Shown here one piece after another: positions 47,591 to 55,641 of a stretch of DNA of 64,000 bases. Below the pieces are notes generated by a model. The model made no database searches and had not been told where the DNA came from. It saw only the letters and a list, made by a program, of their open reading frames with translations. Positions within the stretch are counted from its first letter, which is position 1. The number at the start of each line of letters is the position of its first letter. This DNA is from an uncultured bacterium (lineage in GTDB: Bacteria; Desulfobacterota_D; UBA1144; Nemesobacterales; UBA2774), in NCBI GenBank assembly GCA_963825135.1, contig CAWGRW010000009.1, forward strand, positions 1,056,001 to 1,120,000, in the 5' to 3' direction. The translations under genes were made by a program, and so were the position numbers.

Positions 47591-48455
47591 TCTCAACCTT
47601 CAACTCCGGGTGCAGCACCCCTGTCAGCACCTCTGCCCCCTCTACTATCGTCTGGCTCGGATGGAGAATCACAGTGCTCGGCAGTATATAGACCTGACCT
47701 TCCCTCACGGCCCTCGACTGGCTGAGCGTACCCCATATGCCGAGGATTTCGGACTCCTTGTTGAATTTTTCGTGGTTTATCTCGATGATAACGTCCGGGT
47801 CGAGCGTGAGGACCGCCTCTTTCGTTATTTTGATAGAGAGCCTGGTATTCTCGACCGCGTTCTCCCCTCCGGCAAGCTCGATGAGCTCGTTGATGTAATT
47901 ATTCCTCCCTATGACGTAGATGTCCTCGAGTGTCCCCGGGCTTCGCCCGACGACGAGCAGCACCTTTTTCCTGGGCGCCCCTTTCGTCATCCGGCCGATT
48001 CTATCGAGAGAGCTTTTCATATCGGCAACTAGCCTCTTCGCCTCTTCCTCTCTGCCCAGCACCTCTCCCAGGTAGGTTATCGTTTTTAGTATGTCGCTCA
48101 CGGAATCGTTGCTGTCGGTAACGAGCGTCTTAAGTCCGAGCGCCCTGATATTCGCTCCGAATATGGTGTCCTGGTCCTTCATGAGAATGACGAGGTCAGG
48201 CCTGAGCGCGAGTATTGCTTCGTAGTTGGGGTTTATCCAGCCTCCCACGCTCGGCAGGTCTTTCGCCTTTGGCGGGAAGTCCGAATAGAGCGTCACCCCC
48301 ACCACCTTATCCAGGTCCCCGAGGGCGTAGATTATATGGGTCAGGTTCGGGGAGAGAGACACTATGCGCTCGGGCTTGCCGGCGGCATGGGCCGTCATGC
48401 ACGATGCCGTAACCACGGCCAGTATCAGGAATTTCAACAGGTTCTTTTTGATCAT
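47574..48455 (-). CDS. btuF: Periplasmic cobalamin-binding protein
   Basis: Signal peptide, 'PERIVSLSPNLT', 'NPNYEAILALRPDLV'. Confidence 0.85.
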   Translation of the reverse strand: MIKKNLLKFLILAVVTASCMTAHAAGKPERIVSLSPNLTHIIYALGDLDKVVGVTLYSDFPPKAKDLPSVGGWINPNYEAILALRPDLVILMKDQDTIFGANIRALGLKTLVTDSNDSVSDILKTITYLGEVLGREEEAKRLVADMKSSLDRIGRMTKGAPRKKVLLVVGRSPGTLEDIYVIGRNNYINELIELAGGENAVENTRLSIKITKEAVLTLDPDVIIEINHEKFNKESEILGIWGTLSQSRAVREGQVYILPSTVILHPSQTIVEGAEVLTGVLHPELKVENGNIN

Positions 48456-48458
48456 CTT

Positions 48459-49406
48459 TTATCCCAGGAATAATTCGAACTGCATGTAGTTCCTCAGATT
48501 GACTACTGCGCCCGGCGCAGGTTCGTAGCTTTTCATCATTTCCGGGTGGATGGTTTTTGCCAGAATCTCGAGCCCGTCCACGACCCTCGGCCCCGGCCTG
48601 CTGAAATAGGAGTTCGCGTCGAAGATGTATATCTGCCCCTTGCTCGTCGACGGGAGAGAAAACCACTCGTCGTGCTTCGTCACCGTTTCGATTTCGTCGA
48701 CCGTTTTTTCTATATCGTAGCCGCACGGCATAATGAAGAGCATATTCGGCGCGAACTCTTCTATGTCTTTCCAGGAGACCTCAAATGACGGCTCGCCGGC
48801 CTTGCCTATCCCGGAGCGCCCGCCCGCGATCTCGACCATCTCCGGCACCCAGTGCCCCGCGACGTACGGCGGGTCGAGCCACTCCATGCAGAATACCCTC
48901 GGGCGGTCCCTTTCGTTTACCGTCAGAGACCTTATCCTCTCGATCCTCTGTACGAGCTTCCCGGTGATTTCACGCGCCCTGTCCCCCGTGCCCGTAGCCT
49001 CGCCGACGATAAGAATCGTATCCATGATCTCGCCGAGAGTCCTCGGTTCGAGCGAGATGATCCCGGGCTTCTTCCCGAGCGCTTCCACCGCCTCCGTGAC
49101 CTCGTTTCCCGAAACGGCGCAGACCTGGCAGAGCTCCTGCGTCAGTATCAGGTCCGGGGCGGCTTCCCGGAGCGCGTCTTTGTCTATGAGATATGTGCTT
49201 TTGCCCTGGGCGGCGTTGCGGCTCACGAGCTCGTCTATCTCGCGGCTCGAAAGCTTTTCGGGGTCTATGAAGCTCATGACGACCCTCTTCTTTTCCGCAG
49301 CCTCGGGCGGATAATCGCATTCGTGCGTAACTCCCGTCACGCAGTCCCCGAGACCGAGCTCGTAAAGTATCTCGGTCGCGCTCGGAAGGAATGAACATAT
49401 ACGCAT
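48459..49406 (-). CDS. BtuF-like helical-backbone binding protein lacking a signal peptide
   Basis: Starts directly with 'MRICSFLPSATEIL', then 'GVTHECDYP', 'TQELCQVCAV', 'AGHWVPEM', 'FSRPGPR'. Confidence 0.8.
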   Translation of the reverse strand: MRICSFLPSATEILYELGLGDCVTGVTHECDYPPEAAEKKRVVMSFIDPEKLSSREIDELVSRNAAQGKSTYLIDKDALREAAPDLILTQELCQVCAVSGNEVTEAVEALGKKPGIISLEPRTLGEIMDTILIVGEATGTGDRAREITGKLVQRIERIRSLTVNERDRPRVFCMEWLDPPYVAGHWVPEMVEIAGGRSGIGKAGEPSFEVSWKDIEEFAPNMLFIMPCGYDIEKTVDEIETVTKHDEWFSLPSTSKGQIYIFDANSYFSRPGPRVVDGLEILAKTIHPEMMKSYEPAPGAVVNLRNYMQFELFLG

Positions 49407-49504
49407 TATTGTAGGCCTCCCCGGGATAATTCGGGGGAGAAGATGCCACGCCCGTCTCCCCGCACAATTATCATTAACGGCTTTCTATGTTTATGCAAAC
49501 GCCT

Positions 49505-51004
49505 TTATTGCACCAGGCCGAGCGTGGAATCTACGGAGCCCAGCTGCTCGCTTATGCCCGTGATGAAAAATATATCCGGTCCCGTGAAGTCTACTCCCGG
49601 CTCCCCCGGTCTTATCGCGAGCGACTGCACGCCGTCGAAGAGGTCCGAGTTCGGATTGAAAGCCCTTATACCTGCCGGAAACGGGGCTATATACGGGAAC
49701 GGGTTCACTTCGTCATCGTCCGTATCGACAACTGCGATCTGGTCCGTGCCGAAGAGCGTTGCGAACAGGAGGTTGCCTCTTATAGCTATATCGGCCGTGA
49801 GGTTGAGGGAGTCCAGATCGGTAAGCACTATCGGGTCGTCCGTGCCGTTTATTACGTCTCCTGACTGCAGATCCACCTTGAGGAGCGCTCCCACTAGGCC
49901 GAGTCCCATATAGCCGAACCTTCCGTCGGGCGTCGCCACTAACGGGTTAGGCAGGCAGACGGTCGGGTTTTCGGGGCTCAGCGGAATGGGGATATTGTCG
50001 AATATCGAATTCGTCTGGGTGTCGACGAGATCGATCGAGGGCGGGAAATCGAAATCGCATGTGAATTCGTTTGTATCGGGGTCGAAAAGCACGGCTCCGT
50101 TATTCATGGCGTAGAGTGTGTCGCCTATGACGACCATGCTCGTTGTATTCACGCCTGTAGCTTGTATCGTGCCGATGAACTGATTATTCGTCGCATTGAT
50201 CATCGAGATAAATCCGTTTCCCATGGGGTTGAAGTTCTCGTCGAGATTATTATTCGTCACGTAGACCCTTCCCTTCGTTATGGCTACTCTTACGGGCTCC
50301 TCGAATGGGGTTCCCGCAACTGTGAGCACGCTCTGGCAGGGTGCAGTCACGCCGCCCTGTCCGGCTCTCACTATGAGCGCCTCGCAAACCCTGGTTTGTA
50401 CGTTTACGCGGGCAACGCTCTGCCCAATGTTATTAGCCACGTATGCATGCGTGTCGTCCAGGAAAGCCATGTCTATGGGATTTGAATTGGGCGGGAGTTT
50501 GATTTCACCTATTTTTTCTGGGGGATTTTGATTCAGGTCGAATATATATATGTTATCAAAAAAACCGTTTACGACGTAGGCCCTGTCGCCCCGGATTTCA
50601 ATGTCCGCCGGGACTCTCCCGAGCTTGGCCAGATTTTCCTCGACCGAGTCCGAGAGGAGGGTAACGCCGATTACGATGTCTTCTATTACATCGCCTCCGT
50701 CCGTCACGACCACGTTAAAGGAATCGTCCGTGTCCCCCGTGAACGTCGGGTCGAAGCTCCCGTCGGAAGCCCCCGTTGTGGTTTTGGTCTGTCCGGTATC
50801 GAGATCCGTTACCTCGACGGTGCTCCCCGGAGGCACCGCGCCGGGAAGCCCCCCGACCTTGATCGTTTGATCCGCCCCCGCTTTCTCGGCGACCGCGAGG
50901 ATACTCCCCGACGGTATAAACCCGCCTCCCCCTCCCGTGTCGTTACACGCCGCCAGTGCGAGAAAGGCCGCGCCGAAAGATAGAATTAAAAATAATGATT
51001 TCAT
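49505..51004 (-). CDS. Lipoprotein with Ig-like N domain and YncE/BtuG-like beta-propeller
   Basis: Lipobox LAAC, Gly linker, repeated 'AYVVN/AYVAN/VYVTN/LYAMN' blades. Directly downstream of btuB. Confidence 0.7.
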   Translation of the reverse strand: MKSLFLILSFGAAFLALAACNDTGGGGGFIPSGSILAVAEKAGADQTIKVGGLPGAVPPGSTVEVTDLDTGQTKTTTGASDGSFDPTFTGDTDDSFNVVVTDGGDVIEDIVIGVTLLSDSVEENLAKLGRVPADIEIRGDRAYVVNGFFDNIYIFDLNQNPPEKIGEIKLPPNSNPIDMAFLDDTHAYVANNIGQSVARVNVQTRVCEALIVRAGQGGVTAPCQSVLTVAGTPFEEPVRVAITKGRVYVTNNNLDENFNPMGNGFISMINATNNQFIGTIQATGVNTTSMVVIGDTLYAMNNGAVLFDPDTNEFTCDFDFPPSIDLVDTQTNSIFDNIPIPLSPENPTVCLPNPLVATPDGRFGYMGLGLVGALLKVDLQSGDVINGTDDPIVLTDLDSLNLTADIAIRGNLLFATLFGTDQIAVVDTDDDEVNPFPYIAPFPAGIRAFNPNSDLFDGVQSLAIRPGEPGVDFTGPDIFFITGISEQLGSVDSTLGLVQ

Positions 51005-51049
51005 ATCGAATTCCTCCTGTAATAAGGGTTCTTTAGTTTTTATTCCCGT

Positions 51050-52933
51050 TTAGAAATTCACTCCGGCCGTCGCGAAATACGTCCTGCCCGGCAAAGGGAA
51101 ATCGAGCGCGTCCCTGACGTCGAGGTTGTTGAGCAGGTTTTTTATTTCGAACGTGAAAAACAATTTTTTCCACTCCGCCTTCGCTCCCGCATCGAAGGTC
51201 GTCCTCGCGGGCGTCGTCTTCGAATCCGGGAAAGCGCTTACGGGGATCCTGTCGACGTAGTGGGTTTCCCAGAATAGCGACACGTAATTGGTCAGGTCTA
51301 CCACTGCCCTCAAGTCGAACTTGTTCCTGGGCCTCCCCGGGAGCTGCGCCCCAGTCTCGTTTATCTCGCCGTCGAGGAACGTGTATCCGGCGAACAACTC
51401 GAAGAATTTAAACGGCTTTAAAACGAGACTCGTTTCGATACCCTGCTCGTTCACGTTCCCCACGTTCTCGGGTTCGATAGTCTGCGCGCTTATAAAGACG
51501 AACAGTATGAGGTCGTCTATGTGGTTTCTGAAATAGGTCACTTCGAGCGAGCCGCGGGGGTGCGACAGGACAAACCCGATATCGAAGTCGTAAGCTGTCT
51601 CCGGCTTGAGGTCGGGGTTGCCTCTTATGAACCCTTCGTTCGGAAAGAAAAGCTCGCCGAAGCTCGGAGCCCTGTATGACCTCCCAATGTTCGATTTAAA
51701 CGACAGGAAATCGAGAGGCGCGACTATCACTCCCAGTCTGCCCGATAAACCGGACTCGGTAGTCGTCGTTTCCTGACTCGTGCTCCACAGGTCGTACCGT
51801 AAGACCGGGTTTATAACTATCATGTCGTCGAGCAGGCTTATTTCGTCGGCCGCGAACAGGCTGAACGTGAACCGGTCCGGGTTTCCGAAATCGTCGCTCT
51901 CGAGCGTCTCTTCCCTGAGCTCGGTCGCGAACGTGCATACCTGGTTGTAGGGGGCGAACCACGTGATCCTGGGGTTGATCCCGAACGAATAAGTTTTGCT
52001 AAGTGTGTCTATGGGAATCCCTACGGTAGGCTCCGGGTTCGTGAATTTGAGGTCGTCGAACCTGTTGAATATCTCCACGTCGAGGTCGATATCCGGTCTC
52101 ATGAATTGTTCCTTGGATATATTCATGCTGGTAAGGTTTCTCAAATCTTTCTGCTCGGCGTCCGGCTGCTGGAATTCCCCGAGGCCGGGGACGCCCCTGT
52201 TGTCGTAGAAGAATTCGTTGAGCATCTCTATCTTCCAGCCGTTCCCCGGATCGTACGCTCCTTTGGCGAGGAAGCTTTCGGAGTGGAACTGGTTGTTGAT
52301 CCGGGTCAGTATGAGGTCGTTTACCGATTTGAATTTAAAGTCCCCCTCGCTCTGCGCGTGTGTGAACGAGAGGAGGTAGCTGAAGTCCCCGAGCTTTTGC
52401 GCCCTCGACGCGTTAAACCCGAACGTCTCGTAGGAGCCGTACGTGGCCGAGCCGGATGTAAAGGGTTTATCCGTTTTTTTCGTGACTATGTTGACTACCC
52501 CGCCTATCGCGTCCGTGCCCGCGAACGCGGAAGCCCCGCCCCGTATAATTTCGAATCTGTCTACGTAATCGACCGGTATCGTGGAGAGATCGACGCCCCC
52601 TCCTATGGGGTTATTGAGCCTCACGCCGTCAAGCAGTATCACCACCTGGTCGTTCGACGAGCCCCTTATCGACATGGTCTTCAATTGTCCGAACCCTCCG
52701 AAATCGCGGACGACTACGCCCGGAGAGAACGAGAGGATCTCGGCTGCCGTGTTGTACTCCCCCTGAAAGTCGTCGAGGTCTATGACGGTTGAAAAGGCGG
52801 ACGGATAATCGAGGGGCGGCTCTACGGGAGTGCCCTCAACTACTATCTCATCGAGGGCTTCCCCATCCTTGTCCTGAGCCAGAGCGGATACGGAGAAGAA
52901 TACCAAGAAAGCCGATAAGAAAACTTTTATCAC
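51050..52933 (-). CDS. btuB: TonB-dependent cobalamin receptor
   Basis: Signal peptide, TonB box 'DEIVVEG', plug 'SIRGS…ILLDG…EIIRGG…GGVVNIVT', 'NPDLKPE', terminal 'GRTYFATAGVNF'. Start GTG 52933 (or 52939). Confidence 0.9.
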   Translation of the reverse strand: MIKVFLSAFLVFFSVSALAQDKDGEALDEIVVEGTPVEPPLDYPSAFSTVIDLDDFQGEYNTAAEILSFSPGVVVRDFGGFGQLKTMSIRGSSNDQVVILLDGVRLNNPIGGGVDLSTIPVDYVDRFEIIRGGASAFAGTDAIGGVVNIVTKKTDKPFTSGSATYGSYETFGFNASRAQKLGDFSYLLSFTHAQSEGDFKFKSVNDLILTRINNQFHSESFLAKGAYDPGNGWKIEMLNEFFYDNRGVPGLGEFQQPDAEQKDLRNLTSMNISKEQFMRPDIDLDVEIFNRFDDLKFTNPEPTVGIPIDTLSKTYSFGINPRITWFAPYNQVCTFATELREETLESDDFGNPDRFTFSLFAADEISLLDDMIVINPVLRYDLWSTSQETTTTESGLSGRLGVIVAPLDFLSFKSNIGRSYRAPSFGELFFPNEGFIRGNPDLKPETAYDFDIGFVLSHPRGSLEVTYFRNHIDDLILFVFISAQTIEPENVGNVNEQGIETSLVLKPFKFFELFAGYTFLDGEINETGAQLPGRPRNKFDLRAVVDLTNYVSLFWETHYVDRIPVSAFPDSKTTPARTTFDAGAKAEWKKLFFTFEIKNLLNNLDVRDALDFPLPGRTYFATAGVNF

Positions 52934-52989
52934 GGACACCCCCGGTCAGCCGAGCGGCAGCCGGGAGGCAGGTTGGATTTCAAATCCAT
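52930..52989 (-). CDS. Putative 19-aa leader uORF coupled to btuB
   Basis: GGAGG-agaaagtaa-ATG, MDLKSNLPPGCRSADRGCP*. Its TGA overlaps btuB GTG (GTGA). Confidence 0.55.
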   Translation of the reverse strand: MDLKSNLPPGCRSADRGCP

Positions 52990-53027
52990 TTACTTTCTCC
53001 TCCCCGAAGAAAAGTAAATTCACAGTT

Positions 53028-53186
53028 ATAAGGCAGATATTCTGGCTCGTAGCCTCTGGACTCCCCTGCGCCTTCCCGGAACAACAACTCCAGTGGCATA
53101 ATGCGGGGGACTTTACGGACTACTTACAGCAGCGGGGCTGCACCGGATTCTCACCGGATTTCCCTTTTAAGCTGAAAGCACCTTAT
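53028..53186 (-). ncRNA. Cobalamin riboswitch
   Basis: Minus strand ATAAGGTGC…AAAAGGGAAATCCGGTGAGAATCCGGTGCAGCCCCGCTGCTGTAA…GCCACTGG…CCGGGAAGGC…GAGCCAGAATATCTGCCTTAT. P1 closes ATAAGG/CCTTAT. Confidence 0.95.
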
Positions 53187-53224
53187 CTCTATAAATTGTC
53201 GAAAGAGCTTTAAATCTCAAAAAC

Positions 53225-53253
53225 ATCATAACTTTCCAGTTGGCAAAATTCAA
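53225..53253 (-). promoter_or_regulatory. Promoter of the btu operon
   Basis: TTGAAT-17 bp-TATGAT on the minus strand, just upstream of the riboswitch. Confidence 0.6.
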
Positions 53254-53317
53254 GTACGGCAGGCAATGCAAGGTTAATCGCCGGCGGATTCACCGAATTG
53301 GCGCCTCTCGCCATCTT

Positions 53318-54340
53318 TTATTTTACGTTCGGAATCACTTTCTTTCCGAATGTTTTGATAAGGCCGGAGATAATTTCATGAGTCGCCTGCGGGAATACCA
53401 TACGGCATGCTATGTACTTGATTCCGAGCTCGTCCCTGTACTTTTCGATTTCCCCTATACAGTCCTCGGGGGTCCCGATTATGAACCGGTCCTCCGCGAG
53501 GTGCCCGAACATCGGGTCGTCTAGACCCGTGAGCTGTTTACCCCGGACGAACATCTTGACCCCGAGCGAGAAATAGAATTTATACATGCTGATTATGTAT
53601 TTATTCCCCCCTTCGACAGCCTTTTTCCGGCTAGAAGCCACGAACGTCTCCCGGAGCAGTATGTGCTCCACTCTATCGGGGTCCCTCCCCGATTTCCTCG
53701 CTTCGTCGCTGTACATACGGAGCGTGTCCCTCGCCATTTCCACCGTTCTTCCCGGTCCTATGAGAAGCGGGTATCCAAACCTCCCCGCGCGCCTTATCGC
53801 GGGCTCCTCGAAGGCGCCGATATATACGGGTATAGGCTTCTGCACGGGCTTGGGCGTGAGCCTCGCGTTCTCGAATTTATATCTTTTCCCCTCATAACTG
53901 AATTTCTCTCCGGTGAGCGCCTTTTCCAGCACCTCAATCCCCTCGTCCATTCTAGAGGGCCTCTGCCTCATAGGCACCCCCATACCTTCGTACTCCTCCT
54001 TCCTGTACCCGAGCACTACCCCGAGGTTAAACCTCCCGTTCGATATGTTATCGACCACGGCAGCGTCCTCCGCCACCTTCAGGGGGTTATGGAGGGGCAG
54101 TATTATGCCCGCCGACCCTATCTTGATCCTCGTCGTCACCGCCGCCATCGCCGCGGCCGTCACCGCCGGAGAGGGGCAGTATCCGTCGTCCAGAAAATGG
54201 TGCTCCGATATCCAGGCCGATTCGAAATTCACCTTCTCGGCGAGCTTGACCTGTTCGAGGGTGTTTTTATATATCTCCGGGTGCGTGTACGGGAGCTCCT
54301 GGTGGGTCTGCATCCCGAAAAGTCCGATGCCGAATCTCAT
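53318..54340 (-). CDS. LLM-class flavin-dependent oxidoreductase, paralog of 28077..29102
   Basis: 'SAWISEHHF.DDGYCPS', 'PLKVAEDAAVVD', 'TPKPVQKPIP'. SD GGAGG before ATG 54340. Confidence 0.9.
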   Translation of the reverse strand: MRFGIGLFGMQTHQELPYTHPEIYKNTLEQVKLAEKVNFESAWISEHHFLDDGYCPSPAVTAAAMAAVTTRIKIGSAGIILPLHNPLKVAEDAAVVDNISNGRFNLGVVLGYRKEEYEGMGVPMRQRPSRMDEGIEVLEKALTGEKFSYEGKRYKFENARLTPKPVQKPIPVYIGAFEEPAIRRAGRFGYPLLIGPGRTVEMARDTLRMYSDEARKSGRDPDRVEHILLRETFVASSRKKAVEGGNKYIISMYKFYFSLGVKMFVRGKQLTGLDDPMFGHLAEDRFIIGTPEDCIGEIEKYRDELGIKYIACRMVFPQATHEIISGLIKTFGKKVIPNVK

Positions 54341-54514
54341 TTCACGTCCTCCTTCAATCGACAATAAGGGACTATTATAACACCTGCGGGCCCCTCAAAT
54401 CCAAAATCGCCGGACATTATTTCTCCCGATATAATTACCGCGTCGCTGTAGTATTGTTTTTTTCGTCCGCTTCGGTTTATAATGAGTTGGACAATCTAAT
54501 GCGAGGTGCAAAAA

Positions 54515-55567
54515 ATGGCTAAAGAGATAAAATTCGGACTTTCCGCCCCTATGCCCGGGGCCGATATGGACGGTCTCCTAAAATTTTCGGTAATGGCTGA
54601 CAAGCTCGGATTCGATACGGTCTGGTATCCCGACCACGTGGTTTTTGTTTCCCCGACCGAGGCGCACGAGGCGTGGACGATAGCGACCGCGGCCGCGATG
54701 ATGACGAAGAACATAAAACTCGGCACGGTTTCCGACCCCCACAGGATGCACCCCGCTGTTTTCGCTCAAAGACTGGCCTCTATTGACCACATCTCGAAAG
54801 GGAGGGTCACGCTCACCCTGGGCGTCGGGGAGTCCATGAACCTCGACGCTTACGGCATAAAATGGAACAAGCCGCTCACGAGACTGAGAGAATCGATGCA
54901 GGTCATGCAGAAATTATGGGCGGCCGACGGTCCCGTTAATTACAAGGGTGAGTTCTACGAGATGAAAGACGCCTTTTTACAGGTAAAACCATACAAGCGG
55001 AAGAGGATACCGACCTACATAGCCACGCATACGCCCAAGGGCCTCAAGCTCGCGGGAGAGCTGGGCGACGGGTGGCTTCCGATAGACTTAAACCCGAAGC
55101 TCTACGCGGAGTATCTCGGTACGATAAAAGAAAGCGCCAAGTCCGCGGGCCGCAAGATGAGTGAAATCGACCCCGCTCTCTGGGTATTTACTTCTCTCGG
55201 CAAGAACCAGGACGAGGCCTATAAGACGCTCGAGCCCTTCAAATACGTCCTCGTAATGCAGGACCAGCTCAAGAAGGCCGGATACGACGTAAAGATACCC
55301 GAGGAGTACCACGGCCTTAATTATTTCAACGTAGTGCCGCAGGACGAGGCGGGCAGGCAGAAGTTCAGGCAGCTGGGTCAGTTTTTTCCGAGAGAAGCCA
55401 TTATGGACTTCACGATCACCGGATCGAAGCAGGACTGCATCAAGAAGATCGAGAAATACATAAGCAAGGGCGTAAGGCACTTCGTGCTGTTCTATAGATT
55501 CAGCCCCGACCCCGAAAAGGCCCTCAAGACCTACGCGAAGGACATCATCCCTTATTTCAAAGGCTAA
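54515..55567 (+). CDS. LLM-class oxidoreductase (possibly F420-type)
   Basis: 'GFDTVWYPDH', 'HPAVFAQRLASIDHISKGR..L.LGVGE..N', 'AGELGDGW'. Confidence 0.85.
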   Translation: MAKEIKFGLSAPMPGADMDGLLKFSVMADKLGFDTVWYPDHVVFVSPTEAHEAWTIATAAAMMTKNIKLGTVSDPHRMHPAVFAQRLASIDHISKGRVTLTLGVGESMNLDAYGIKWNKPLTRLRESMQVMQKLWAADGPVNYKGEFYEMKDAFLQVKPYKRKRIPTYIATHTPKGLKLAGELGDGWLPIDLNPKLYAEYLGTIKESAKSAGRKMSEIDPALWVFTSLGKNQDEAYKTLEPFKYVLVMQDQLKKAGYDVKIPEEYHGLNYFNVVPQDEAGRQKFRQLGQFFPREAIMDFTITGSKQDCIKKIEKYISKGVRHFVLFYRFSPDPEKALKTYAKDIIPYFKG

Positions 55568-55578
55568 TTCGTTTACTT

Positions 55579-55614
55579 TCCTCCCCCTTCTAGGGGGAGG
55601 ATTAAGGTGAGGGA
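55579..55614. repeat. REP-like hairpin with G-rich tail
   Basis: TCCTCCCCCT-tct-AGGGGGAGGA followed by TTAAGGTGAGGGA, between convergent genes. Confidence 0.6.
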
Positions 55615-55641
55615 TATACTATTTTTCCGTGTTGGATTATC

